From assembly GCF_902459465.1 (NCBI RefSeq), contig NC_047062.1, positions 12,586,001-12,650,000 on the forward strand: a stretch of DNA of 64,000 nt, read 5' to 3'. Both the position numbers and the translations under genes were made by a program. Source of the DNA: Asterias rubens (taxonomy: Eukaryota). Position 1 is the stretch's first letter, and every line of letters begins with the position of its first letter. This document shows, piece after piece, positions 11,801 to 24,420 of this stretch. The notes under the pieces were generated by a model, which did not search any database, was not told the DNA's origin, and saw only the letters and a list, made by a program, of their open reading frames with translations.

Positions 11801-14800
11801 ATGGAACATGTCATTTTTCAACTCATGAAAAACTTGTTTTTATAAATATTTTTCTATTCCAAAATCAAACTTTTGATAAATGTTTGTCATTGTAGGATTT
11901 TACGTGATCATAGTGATGCTAGCGGAGTTCATAGTAACGCCTTGGACTCTGTCAAAGAGAAGCTTCAAGAAACTGAAGGAACCTTGAAGAGGGAGCAGGA
12001 TGCTTATAAATCAGCCCAGGTACATGTATATCACGTTTGATTCTCCCTAATCCTTGACCGATCCTCCCTGAACCTCATTTGATTCTCCCTAATCCATGTT
12101 TGATCCTCCATGAACCTCATTGGATTCTCCCTAATCCTTGTTTGATCCTCCGTGAACCTCATTTGATTATCCCTAATCCTTGTTTGATCCTCCATGAACC
12201 TCATTTGATTCTCCCTAATCCTTGTTTGATCCTCCATGAACCTCATTTGATTCTCCCTAATCCTTGTTTGATCCTCCATGAACCTCATTGGATTCTCCCT
12301 AATCCTTGTTTGATCCTCCATGAACCTCATTTGATTATCCCTAATCCATGTTTGATCCTCCATGAACCTCATTTGATTCTCCCTAATCCTTGTTTGATCC
12401 TCCATGAACCTCATTTGATTCTCCCTAATCCTTGTTTGATCCTCCATGAACCTCATTTGATTCTCCCTAATCCTTGTTTGATCCTCCCTGAACCTCATTT
12501 GATTCTCCCTAATCCTTGTTTGATCCTCCATGAACCTCATTTGATTCTCCCTAATCCTTGTTTGATCCTCCATGAACCTCTTTTGATTCTCCCTAATCCT
12601 TGTTTGATCCTCCCTGAACCTCATTTGATTCTCCCTAATCCTTGTTTGATCCTCTGTGAACCTCATTTGATTCTCCCTAATCCTTGTTTGATCCTCCCTG
12701 AACCTCATTTGATTATCCCTAATCCTTGTTTGATCCTCCATGAACCTCATTTGATTCTCCCTAATCCTTGTTTGATCCTCCATGAACCTCATTGGATTCT
12801 CCCTAATCCTTGTTTGATCCTCCATGAACCTCATTTGATTCTCCCTAATCCTTGTTTGATCCTCCATGAACCTCATTTGATTCTCCCTAATCCTTGTTTG
12901 ATCCTCCATGAACCTCATTGGATTCTCCCTAATCCTTGTTTGATCCTCCATGAACCTCATTGGATTATCCCTAATCCATGTTTGATCCTCCATGAACCTC
13001 ATTTGATTCTCCCTAATCCTTGTTTGATCCTCCATGAACCTCATTTGATTCTCCCTAATCCTTGTTTGATCCTCCATGAACCTCATTTGATTCTCCCTAA
13101 TCCTTGTTTGATCCTCCCTGAACCTCATTTGATTCTCCCTAATCCTTGTTTGATCCTCCATGAACCTCATTTGATTCTCCCTAATCCTTGTTTGATCCTC
13201 CATGAACCTCTTTTGATTCTCCCTAATCCTTGTTTGATCCTCCCTGAACCTCATTTGATTCTCCCTAATCCTTGTTTGATCCTCCATGAACCTCATTTGA
13301 TTCTCCCTAATCCTTGTTTGATCCTCCATGAACCTCATCTGATTCTCCCTAATCCATGTTTGATCCTCCATGAACCTCATTTGATTCTCCCTAATCCTTG
13401 TTTGATCCTCCATGAACCTCATCTGATTCTCCCTAATCCTTGTTTGATGCTCCATGAACCTCATTTGATTCTCCCTAATCCTTGTTTGATCCTCACTGAA
13501 CCTCATCTGATTCTCCCTAATCCTTGTTTGATCCTCCATGAACCTCATTTTATTTCCCCTAATCCATGTCTGATGTTTAGGAAAGGCAAAATAGGCAGAT
13601 GGTTCTTAAAAGAACTATGTTCATTGCATTTAGATCTTGACACAAGTGATTCATGAAGGAAACAAACATGTGCACTTTAATGGATCCCGATCCCAATGTT
13701 CAAACACACAGGAGACTAACACAGTAATACCTGAACCTTGTTTGATACTTACTAATCTGCATTTGATCCTTCCTGATCTGCATGAACCTCCCTAATCCCC
13801 GTTTGATCCTCCACGATCCCCATTTGATCCTCCCTAATCCTTGTTCCTTATGGACATTGTGATCTGGACTCGTTAGAGTGCGCAAGTTGGTTTCCTTCAC
13901 ACATTAGAGTGATTTTTTATGGGACCAAAGTGGTCAAAAAAATGTTTGAATACGTTTGAGACTTGTATGGTCTATACTGTTTTTTGAATCCCTACTTGGC
14001 TGCTTGAATTACTTGTGTCAAGAACAAAATGGTTTGCGGTAAACAAAACCATGTGATAGAATCTATATTGCTGTGTTGAATTTTCTTGTAACCATCTGGC
14101 TTATTTGTCTACTGCCTTACCTCAACATTGTGTGTCTTTCCTAAACAATATAAAGCATCTATTTAATCATCTTTAGTTATCTCATCGTTTTTATTTACTC
14201 ATCAAAAATTTGACCCATTTTTGTGTTTGAGTCACAGGTTGAGTTTATGGAGAGACAGGGAAGATTGGAATCGGAGCAGCAGAACCTAGCTGAGTCATTG
14301 ACAACCACCCAGAAGAGATATCATGAAGAAAAAAGTATCCTTAAATGCATCGACAGTTTGTTTTTATATTAGACATACAAGGAAATAGAGTGATTTTTGG
14401 CAGTGTCTTAGGAAGTAGGTTTAAAGGGAAGGAATAGGTTTGGTAATCACTCAAGACTGATTTTGGTTAGAAGCCTACAGCAACTTTAAAGAGTATAAAG
14501 CATTTTGAGAAACAAATCACTTCAAAGTAATGGTAGTTATGTATAAAAGATATGAGTTTTTATGCCAAAAACACGACCACCTTTGAAATCCAATTTGCTA
14601 TTATATCGGATGAACACATCAAATGGTTCCAAAAACATAGTTATACTTTGGCTTTAAGGCTTTGTCATATTTAGTCAACATTTTTTAACATTGTTGTAAC
14701 ATCTTGGGAGGTTCTGGGTGTAGAATTAGGGGGAACTCAGGCCAGTAAGCAATTTTCAGGAAATTTCACATTAAAATCTTACCCCTGATCAAAATTAAGA

Positions 14801-17800
14801 ATCTTAACCTACACCTATCAGATAACACACACCGTCTTGCCCAGCAGCTCAAGACAGCTAAGAGTCAGTTGGACAGTGTCAAAGAAGAGCTTGTCGATTA
14901 CAAGCAAAAAGCAACCAGAATACTGCAGGTAAGATATGACCTCAAGCTGGAACTATTAAGTAAACATCTAGCGCATGGCCAAACTGGTACTCATTTGTAC
15001 TCCATTTGGAACATACTGTTGATAATAGCAGCAAAAATGTTAGCTTCTTATATGGTGCTCAATGTGCTTCAACATTAAATATTTTCCTGCAAGGTATTTT
15101 TGAGCTACGTTTTAGAAGTATGAGACAAGGTGCTGTGGCAAATATGCAGGCAATCAAACCAGGAACACCAGAGTAAACCTTTGATAAGTGCTCTGGCTTT
15201 TTTGCATGCGTTACACAACACATGGGACCAACAGCTTCACGTCTCATACGGAGAAAGCAATAATGTCTTGCTTAAGCACACAAGTGTCACTACCGAAACT
15301 CGAACCCACACTCTGCTGAACAGAAACACCAGAGCTTGATTCCTGTGTTCTTATCCACTCGGCCACCACATGCCAGCGACGCTAAGTAACTACACCAATG
15401 GCTCTACCTTCACAACTCTCACTACTATCGAATAGTACTTCTGGGACATCTGTAACTCACCTTTGAATTTGTTTTCTCCCTCAGTCGAAAGACAAACTAA
15501 TAGCCAGTCTTAAAGAAGGTTCAGGGTCAAGCGAGGGCAGTATTGCATCAAGTGTTGAGCTAGAAGAGCTAAGGAATGAGAGGGATGGCATGAGGGAGGA
15601 GCTTCAGGTTGCTGGTGGGCGGATACAACAACTACGGACTGAGTTACAGGTTGGTTGGTGAATGCTAAGTGTCACATTGATATACCTTGGTGTAGCTACA
15701 TCTTCATTTTAAATGTAATACAGTGCTCTTACATGAAAACTAAACTAAATAATGCGATTAAACTTGAAGTCATTGTTCAAAAACATGAGTTTTCAGAGCC
15801 CTCTTAAAAGTACACTGCTGTTTCAATCATCATGCTGTAAACAACCTGACTCCACATTCCTAAGTCCAGCTGAATAAAAGGACTGCTTTCTACCGACTGT
15901 ACATTGTTTGTTTTGTTTCAAACAAAATGCCGACTGCAAAAACAAGCCGACTGCAAATTACTGTTTGAAGTTACATCCCCTATATTTTCTTATATTTTGA
16001 CATTTGATTCCACGTCCAACAGCACAATTAACACTAGTAACATAAAGAATAGAAAGAGAATAAATGTTCAGTTTTAAATGTGGGAGAAAAATCCCCATGG
16101 GGGAAAACCTGCTGAATCTGGTAGGCAGGGACTAAAAACCCAAATCCATTTGCAAAGGCATCAGTCTGAGGTGGGATTTGAACTGGGTCCACAGAGATGA
16201 AAGGCAGGGAAAGAAACACTGATTCAACTGTTGCTAATTCTTTTTCTTCAGGAGCTTGAAGTCCTACAGCAGAATGAATCCGATACGGCGCAGGATCAGA
16301 TCCGAGATCTGGAAGACCAGCTGTCCACCACAGAGCAACAACTACGAGAGGTAGAGACGGACTTGAGACAGAAAACGGAAGAGTTGAGGTACGCCGAGGA
16401 TGAAGGATACAAGTCGAAGATGAGTTTGCAGACGAGGCTACAGGATAGAGAGGACGACATTCAGAAACTGAGAAATCAGGTAAAAAATGACTGGCTAGCT
16501 TCAAATTCAATCCAATCTTGACACAGTACACAAATCTTGACCTGCCTCTTAGACCATGGGATGGGTATTGAAAAGGGGCCTATTTTTGGGGTTCTGTGGT
16601 CCCCATCTCCGGACCGCATGAAATTTGACGCACAAGGGTTTTCAATGGTACTGATTCCGAATTTGGTTGTTGCTAAGCTCTAAAACTGCACAGATCGTGA
16701 ACAGACCAATTTTTGGGTCATTTTAGGTCAAAAACAGTATTTTTGTATAACATCTGTATACACTAGGACTATTTACCAATTGTTCACGGCAGTGCAAGAA
16801 CCTTTTCCAAGTGTTTAATGCGAACGATGTCAATTTTCCCCTTTTCTGTCCGATTAGCATGCAAAGGCCTACAACAAAACCCATGATTTGTATTGATTGA
16901 ACATCAAGTACAATGCCATTTGTTTTTCGTTGGGTTACGACGTGCGTGTGTTAAATTTTTATTATCACACGCGCGGCCGAGTTAGATGGGGACGCAGACG
17001 CACTATTTTGTTCGTATTCCACTCGCGCTTGTGTTACAACTTATAGTTTTGTTGAACAAGCCTGTAAATCGGCATCCTTTTGTTCAGGGGTTTGAAGAAG
17101 TACGATAATGCTTCGAATGACGTTACCCACATCGCAGGCTTCCGAGGATTTTTAGATCACTATTTGTCGCCGTAATTGTTTCTTTTTCGGGATTCGGTGC
17201 AGGATTTTCGACAAGCAACAGCAAGGAATGGATTTTCTGTATTTTATTTCATACCTTCATTCAAAAAGTGCGTGGTCCAAAAGTGGGGGCTCCTGTTTTG
17301 AACAATTCTAGCGATCATCCCATGGTCTATCTAGCTAGCGGGCAATCTCGCTGGTCTAGTTGGTAAGACACTGCTCTAGAATTGCAAGGGTAGTGGATTT
17401 GAATCCCACCTGAATAATATGCCTGTGAGAACTCATGTCACATAACTCTGGCAAGTACTGAGTATACAGTGATAACACACATCGGTGTCTATGGGTAAAA
17501 CCAAAATTAATAAATCTAAACCTACTAAAATATTTGTGCACAATTTCTCCATTTACACACACTCGTAAGAGTTTCTGAGAAATGGACAATCAAGTTGTGT
17601 TGTTTCCCCCGACATTGCCTGAACAAAAAGTACCTTTTGTTTTGCACTTTATTGAACCTTTTGTTATTAAGACAACAGTGAGTATTAATTGTTGCCAAAC
17701 AATTAAATTTTTAATTTGTAAATAATTTGTTTTATATTTCTTTCAACTTCTTGAACTCAGGCTTCCTAAAGAATGTTTGTTTATTTTATTTTATTTGTTT

Positions 17801-20800
17801 TCTGTCATCATTCTTATTAAAGCCATTGGACCCTTTCGGCTCAGAAAAAAAAAAAAAGTTCACAGATTTACAAATAACTTACAGGGTTTACAGAAGGCAA
17901 TGGTGAAAGACTTCTCTTGAAATACTATTCCATGAAATGCTTTACTTTTTGAGAAAACAGCAAAACAATATAAATTCTCGTTAACGAGAATTACAGATTT
18001 ATTTTAAACACATGTCATGACACGGCGAAACGCGCGGAAACAAGGGTGGGTTTTTCCGTTGTTTTCTCCCGACTCTGATGACCGATTGAGCCTAAATTTT
18101 CACAGGTTTGTTATTTGATATAGAAGTTGTGGTACACAAAGTGTGGGCCTTGGACAACACTGTTTACCGAAAGGGTCCAATGGCTTTAAATTGGACCTTT
18201 TGACAGCTTCTCCCCTCCCCCATCCTCTGTCAATTCTTAACACTGAACGTAATTTTCAACAATGCTTTAATACAAATTTATGTAACCTCCTTTTTTTTTT
18301 GACACGACATTGCAGACAAATGCTGTAATTGCTGCAGACGATTGTATTAGAATGCTGTTGAAACCCTGGCTTGATATTGTGTATTGTGTGTAACCCAATT
18401 ACTGAATCACAGTGTAATAATAGAATGCTCTGAGTGTGATGTAAAGGCCAGCATGCACTCGGGCAGTAACTGGGTTACAATTTATAATTCCATGTACAGC
18501 CACAGGCCTGCTATGTTTATGACGACAGTCCTTCCTTTAACATCCTTTTTCTTTGGTAATTGCTTTTTCTCTGCTCTCTTTTTTCCTCCTTCATCATTTT
18601 CAATGATTGTATAGATGCAAATTTGCATCGGGGACAAAGAATGTGAATTTTGCTTGTACCCATAAACCCCGAGTGGTGTTAGCACTGTATACTCAGTACT
18701 TTCCCGAGCTCTGTAAAATATGGGTAAAACACAAATTGATATTTACAATGATGTTGTGATATAACAATAAACAAAACTATAAGTAATGTTTTATTTGTAT
18801 TCTGCAGATGATGGCAAAAAGTGCAAGTAGTACATCGCAGATAGAGCTTGAGTCCAGGCTTCGTGCCCTCACTGAGAGTCTAATACAGAAACAAACAATG
18901 TTAGAAGCTCTAAGCACTGAGAAGAATTCACTAGTCATGCAGCTTGAAAGAATGGAGGTTAGTACTAAAGGCCAGTTCAATTTCATCTGTGAGCCTTTTC
19001 ACCAAACCTCGGCTTGCGCTCCAACTTGGGCAGTAACTTGGGCAACAGCTCCGACTTGGGCTCCATTATCAATTTTGCCCGGAGACGGAGCCTGAAGACT
19101 AGTTCATACTTTCTGTGAGTGCGAATACTTCCTCACAAATTCCCAACAAATAATTACGTCGCATTCACGGGAAGTATGAATCAGGCTAAAGCCGAGGTTC
19201 AGAAAAACACCTGGTTCTCTGTTATAGTGCTGGAGGGCTCAGTGTGTTTTTTTTCCAAATCTCTGGTTTTTTTTTTTTTTATTCCAAAGCCTAAATGCAG
19301 TTTTTGTTAATTGGTACATGTACTTCTATTTTTGAATAACATTCCTTTATTCTATTCATTTGTGGTATTATTCTTCATTCTGGCATTGGCTGAATGAAAA
19401 TTCATTTTCCTGATTGACTGTATGGTTGGTGGTTGGAAAGATTTTTTGAAAGGATGAGGGGCACTCAAGTGATGTTCGGGTTGATGGCGTTGCTTTATTT
19501 GCTTAATGTATTTTTTCTGTCTATTTGTGTCAAATGATTGTTCTAATTTCCTTTTTTTGTTCCATTTTTTCCTGTCATACTATTGTGTATTTTTAAATTC
19601 ATAGTACCGTCGTTTCTTGTACTTGTGCTTTACTGTGTTTTCAGGTTTTGATGGGCTGTTTAACTTTGTAAACTTACTGTCACAGTGTCATCACTTTTAG
19701 CTCTTTTCATCATTGTACCATTTAAAAATGACGTCCAAGATGTGTTCAAGTTTGTACATATTATAATGTCTCTTCTCATGTGTTCTTTATTTTGTATTGA
19801 TGTATTTTCTTATTAGAAAGTTTATGATTGATTTAATCAAATCATTTAATTGAAAATAAACAAAGGGAGACTAAATGCAGCTGTTTCTTTAAAATTTTGG
19901 TTTTATAGTAAACGTATTTAGTGAGATACGAATAGATTAAAAACATTCTAAATGTAGTTAGCTGTTGGTGGGATATCAAGTTGTAGCTATAATCTTATGT
20001 AACTAGGGGAACAGTAAGATCATGCCAATTTGTGCACCCAAATATTTGGGGTTATTTTCCAAGAGTGTAGGCCTAATTGTATTACATTTGATCCTTTCCT
20101 AAACCCAACATATACGTTTTGCAACTGTCAATTGACAGTTGCAAAACGTATAGATGCAAAAATGGTTATTTTAAAATCTTTGAATGTTCTCCTTCAACAG
20201 AGACAGCATAAAGAGATTGAGCTAAATGCAGTCAGAAATAAAAGTCACGTCATTAACGTGGGGAACGCAGAGGAAGATGATGGTAACTTATGAGTGCAAT
20301 ATTGTTATTGTTACTACTAACACAGTTTAAGATGCTGGATGTTATTTTTACTTTATGTATTCAGACTGTAACAGGCTGAGTGAGGATGTGGGCATGGCAG
20401 AGCAGCGACCAGATGGACAAAGCCCTCAGCAAGCAGGAAATAAACATTGCAACATGTGCTAGGGGGGATTTACAAAAACAAACAAAGGTCACTAAAATCG
20501 ACAAAAAGACAAAATAGTGAAGCTTTGATAGGGCTCCTTTCATTATAAATTTTTAATAACAAGAATAAAAGGCTGTGAATACTATTGGTAATTACTCAAA
20601 ATAATTATTGGCATAAAACCTTACTTTGTAACGAGTAATGGGGAGAGGTCGATGGTATAAAACATTGTGAGAAACAGCTCCCACTGAAGTGACCTAGTTT
20701 TGGAGAAGGGAGTAATTTTCCACGAATTTGATTTTGAGACCTTAATTTTAGAACTCGAGGTCTCGAAATCAACCATCTACACGCACACAACTTCGTGTGA

Positions 20801-23081
20801 CAAGGGTATTTTTTTCTTTCATAGTTATCTTGCAACTCCGACGACCGATCGAGCTCAAATTTTCACAGGTTTGTTATTTTATGCATATGTTGAGATACAC
20901 CAAGAGAGAAGACTGGTTTTTGACAAATACCAATAGTGTACATTGTCTTTAAAGACATTGGACACTGTTGGTAACTGTTAAAGACCTGTCTTCTCACTTG
21001 GTGTATCTCAACATATATGCATAAAATTACAAACCTATGACAATTTGAGCTCAATTGGTCGTCGAAGTTGCGAGATAATAATGACAGAAAATACACCCTT
21101 GTAACACGAAGTCGTGTGCTTTCAGATGCTTGATTTCGAGAACTCAAAATCTAATTCTGAGGTCTCGAAATCAAATTTTGTGGAAAATTACTTCTTTCCC
21201 GAAAACTATGTTTTCATAGGTAGCCGCTTCTCATAGTGTTTTATACTATCAACAGCTCCCCATTACTCATTACCAAGTAAGGTTTTATGCTTGTAATTTT
21301 GAGTAATTATCAATAGTGTCCACTGCCTTTACCATGAGAACTTCAGTTGTTAGTACATGTACATCAAATAAATGAGTGTGTACATGAGAGATGGCAAATG
21401 GTGCCAATGGTTAAAGACGAACAAAAAATAAACCTAGGGAAATGCAAAGGGTTTAGACTTGAATGAAACACCCCTCACAATCTGCAACAAGATGTAACTA
21501 GATTGTAAAAATGGGATCTTTGCAATGACTCTCGTTCTGGCACTGTGAACTTGATGTTTTTTTGTTTACGATAACACTTCATGTGTTTATCTACATACTG
21601 GATAGATTATGCTCTTTTGAGAACTTGTCAACAAATCCTTAGAAGAAAAAAAAGTAGATATACACATAGTGTTATCGATAACCAAATATACTTTTTAGAT
21701 ATTTAACTGTTCAAGTGATTCTGCCGGTGGCAGCAACTTGAATAGATTTTTAATAAACCATTGAATAATACATTGATACCTCACTATGCAATGCCTCAAA
21801 TCATCACAACTGTGACCTAATCGTGCAACTTTTTTGTTTGACCCTTAGGAACCAGACAGCGTGGGTTACCTGCCTTCCTAAGAGAGACGCCTTTAGATGC
21901 TGTGGTCACAAAGAACGTCAAACGTGCAGCAAATACACTTGACCGTTTCAGCATTAGACTGGGGTTGTTTCTCAGGCGCTACCCCATAGCCAGACTGTTT
22001 GTCATTGCGTACATGGTATGTACAGTAATATCAGGACTGGTCAAAATCCAGTCTTAAATATATGGCCCCTAGAAAGTACTTATAACAAGAGTGAAACCTT
22101 TTAGATTTTTGGTTTTCAGCCATACGTCGATAATGTGTAAAGCAATGACTACTCGTTATTTTCCCAAGCCCTGAGGCATATTACTCAGGTAAGATTTGGA
22201 CCAATGTTCTTTGCCGTTCCAGAGCAGATAGCTTACCACGAGACCACTGAGAAAGCCCAATAGGTAGAGGCAGTTTGAATCCAAAAGAACAAAACTGTCG
22301 CAAAACATATAATAATAGTAAAAATAGTAATACCAAAACTTAGTATAGCGCCCTAATCATGTAGACATGCGCTAGGGCGCTGAACATGGCAATATGGACA
22401 AATTAAAAAATAAGAAACATATGGTCATACTCGTTGTTCGCAACAAAAAACTGTAAATGGCATAACATTTACAGTTAACTATAACATAATTTTTGTATTG
22501 ATTTGCAAAATAATGTTCTTGGAAATAGCAATACCGACAAAGTTTTCCTGAAATGTTGCTCTTTGCATACAATGCAGCTGGCTGCCTATAAGTTGGCTGC
22601 AAACATTGCCTCTAGTCGCAAGGAAGGGAGGCCCTTTCTACTGTGCTGAAAAAGCTTATTTAAAGCTTAGTGCCATTTTGCCTTTGTTTGAAACTAGAAA
22701 AGTATGTGAAGTTTCATCGAACACAGTGCTGTGAACAATACTCAACACCTATATGAATGCATATCATCAAGAATTTAAATGTATTACGTGTGTTCAGCAC
22801 TTTATACAGTCCTGTGAAACAAATCCACTGGTGTATCACTTGTATGGGATTCAAACCCTTGACCTTTGACATTCTAGAGCAGGTGTCTTGCCACTATTTT
22901 TGGTGTGGTTATCTTCATTCTAAGAAAACTTCTTTTAATGAGTAAACACTATCCAGGCACTGAAGTATTATTTTTCTTTTCTACCGTGTAGATCCTGCTT
23001 CATCTGTGGGTGATGATCGTACTGCTAACCTACACCCCTGAAATACATGGATCCAACTTCCATCCGCAAGGCCCAAAATAA
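8824..23081 (+). CDS. GOLGA5: Golgin subfamily A member 5 (golgin-84), complete CDS, 12 coding exons, 756 aa
   Basis: Exons 8824-9406, 10395-10652, 11277-11496, 11896-12019, 14238-14334, 14822-14928, 15485-15649, 16252-16479, 18808-18957, 20201-20282, 21849-22015 and 22992-23081 (2271 nt, phases consistent). N-terminus MSWVFSKAENLLNTLDQ, long coiled coil, ELESRLRALTESLIQKQTMLEAL, and C-terminal anchor DRFSIRLGLFLRRYPIARLFVIAYMILLHLWVMIVLLTYTPEIH typical of golgin-84. Confidence 0.97.
10018..10373. mobile_element. Kolobok/T2-type MITE, second family (AGCCATTGGAC termini)
   Basis: TTAA|AGCCATTGGAC...GTGTAATGGCT|TTAA; an inverted sister copy lies at 17821-18185. Confidence 0.8.
12036..13572. 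repeat. Intronic minisatellite, 42-bp unit (two related 21-bp halves), about 36 copies
   Basis: Unit TTTGATTCTCCCTAATCCTTG-TTTGATCCTCCATGAACCTCA, starting 16 nt after the GOLGA5 donor at 12020; a degenerate satellite remnant lies at ~13730-13845. Confidence 0.97.
15175..15400 (-). mobile_element. tRNA-derived SINE (same family as 51270-51510)
   Basis: Minus strand: tRNA-like head (GTGGCCGAGTGG...GGGTTCGAGT) followed by GTGACACTTGTGTGCTTAAGCAAGAC and GCTGTTGGTCCCATGTGTTGTGTAACGCA, shared with the plus-strand copy at ~51.3-51.5 kb. Confidence 0.7.
16550..17329. mobile_element. Non-autonomous DNA transposon with TAG...CTA termini and 3-bp TSD (Academ-like)
   Basis: Perfect 14-bp TIR TAGACCATGGGATG/CATCCCATGGTCTA; flanking TCT duplicated (16547-16549, 17330-17332). 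Confidence 0.7.
17821..18185. mobile_element. Kolobok/T2-type MITE, second family
   Basis: TTAA|AGCCATTGGACCCTTTCGG...CCGAAAGGGTCCAATGGCT|TTAA. Confidence 0.85.
20570..21328. mobile_element. Two Kolobok-type MITEs in opposite orientation sharing one TTAA (20949-20952)
   Basis: 20570-20948 and 20953-21328 both match the dominant family. Confidence 0.8.
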
Positions 23082-24144
23082 TAAATAATAGTGCTCCACT
23101 GGTCTGCTGGAGAAGGGTTGGTAATGTACCTCATGCATATGATGTCTTATCAGTAGGGCGCCCTCACCTAGAGGTAAAAAAGCGGCAGTTCATAGGCCAA
23201 ACCTGTGTGCCGCGCATAGAAATCTGTGTGTTTTGACAGTTTCGTCATCAATTTACCTCTAAGATGGGGGCTGGATGACGACAATGCATCAGGTCTATAG
23301 TTCAAATTTATATTACATTCTTTAATGAAGGATTTATTGTCGCCTCCCGTAAGCATGCACAAGTTTTTAAAACTTATCAAACCCCCCCCCCATCCCAACA
23401 AACAATCTCAAGTAACTAAGGAGTGTAAACGGGTATTACCAAACCACAATACCATTCCTGTTTTCACTGGTCCCTATTCGTAAGCCTTGATTAAGGAGAG
23501 TGAAGTCAAGTGTCTTTATCTCGCAAAACCAAAAATAAAAAATCAATTGTCCCTAAGATGGGTGTTTATCTGACACAAGTTGGATGAAACCAGCTGCCAT
23601 TTGCTTTGGCCAGTTTCTTCTGTACATACATCTTATATTTTGTCAGTTGTAAATTAGTGGACAGACATTTTATCCTAAATTCCTCTCTGCTGTTAGTCCA
23701 GGCAGTCATTGGTGACTTTGGATTTGTCAAATTGACTACTTAAATAATATTAATTTTAAAAAGGTGCAATTACATTTTATAGGTACTACATTGCAAAACG
23801 TTGCTCTATTCATAAATTAGGTTTTTTTGCGGTGAATTGTTTGGAAACTACATCCAATGTAACAGTTTTTATTTGTGGGGCGTTTGTTGGTCAGAGATAT
23901 ATTTATTACAGATTATGAGGGTTCTATGCCATGATCAAGATTGTATGTAAGCCCAAATAATATGTGGTTAATGTTTGTAAATAAAATAAAACATAAATTA
24001 TATGAGGAAAAAGTACCTACATACACTATTCACCCCAATGCACCAACGTCACATGCATCAACTGTCTGTCACCCTCGCCATTTTCTTAGTCAAATTGCTC
24101 ATAAAAATTAAGGCGCACTACACTGTATATCACTCAAAGACTTT

Positions 24145-24420
24145 TATTGGTTTGCGGTAACACCATGTGTGTATCTACTTGCCAGGTAGAGTTTGTTCTT
24201 AGAGAACTGTCTTGCTTTAATTCTACTACCGCGGACTAGATTGTTCGGGTGTTCGGAAGACTTCTCAGTTCTGAAAAGAACTGTCCTGGGCGGATGGTGT
24301 AGAAATAGACTGGGACTACTACTTTAGCTTATAGGATCGTAATTAACTGTACTACCGCGGAGTCAGTTCTTGGGTTGGTCTCAACATTTTGACTAGTTTG
24401 CTTTAGTCATCGTCAGGAGA
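24145..24420 (-). mobile_element. Penelope-like element remnant with decayed minimal hammerhead-ribozyme motif
   Basis: Minus strand TCTC-CTGACGA-TGACTAAAGCAAACTAGTC-AAAAT-GTT-GAGA. GGTTTGCGGTAACACCATGT is shared with 42527-42545, which also carries a similar motif. Confidence 0.45.

Noticed and set aside
12031-13656. 505-aa and 525-aa ORFs as protein-coding genes
   Set aside because: Both are translations of a 42-bp minisatellite inside a GOLGA5 intron with well-supported flanking exons, and there is no evidence of translation. Kept only as a low-interest finding.
20605-21147. Recurrent 60-110 aa ORFs such as CHTKLCAFRCLISRPQ
   Set aside because: They are chance translations of the high-copy Kolobok-type MITE, recurring wherever it is inserted; no transposase is encoded.
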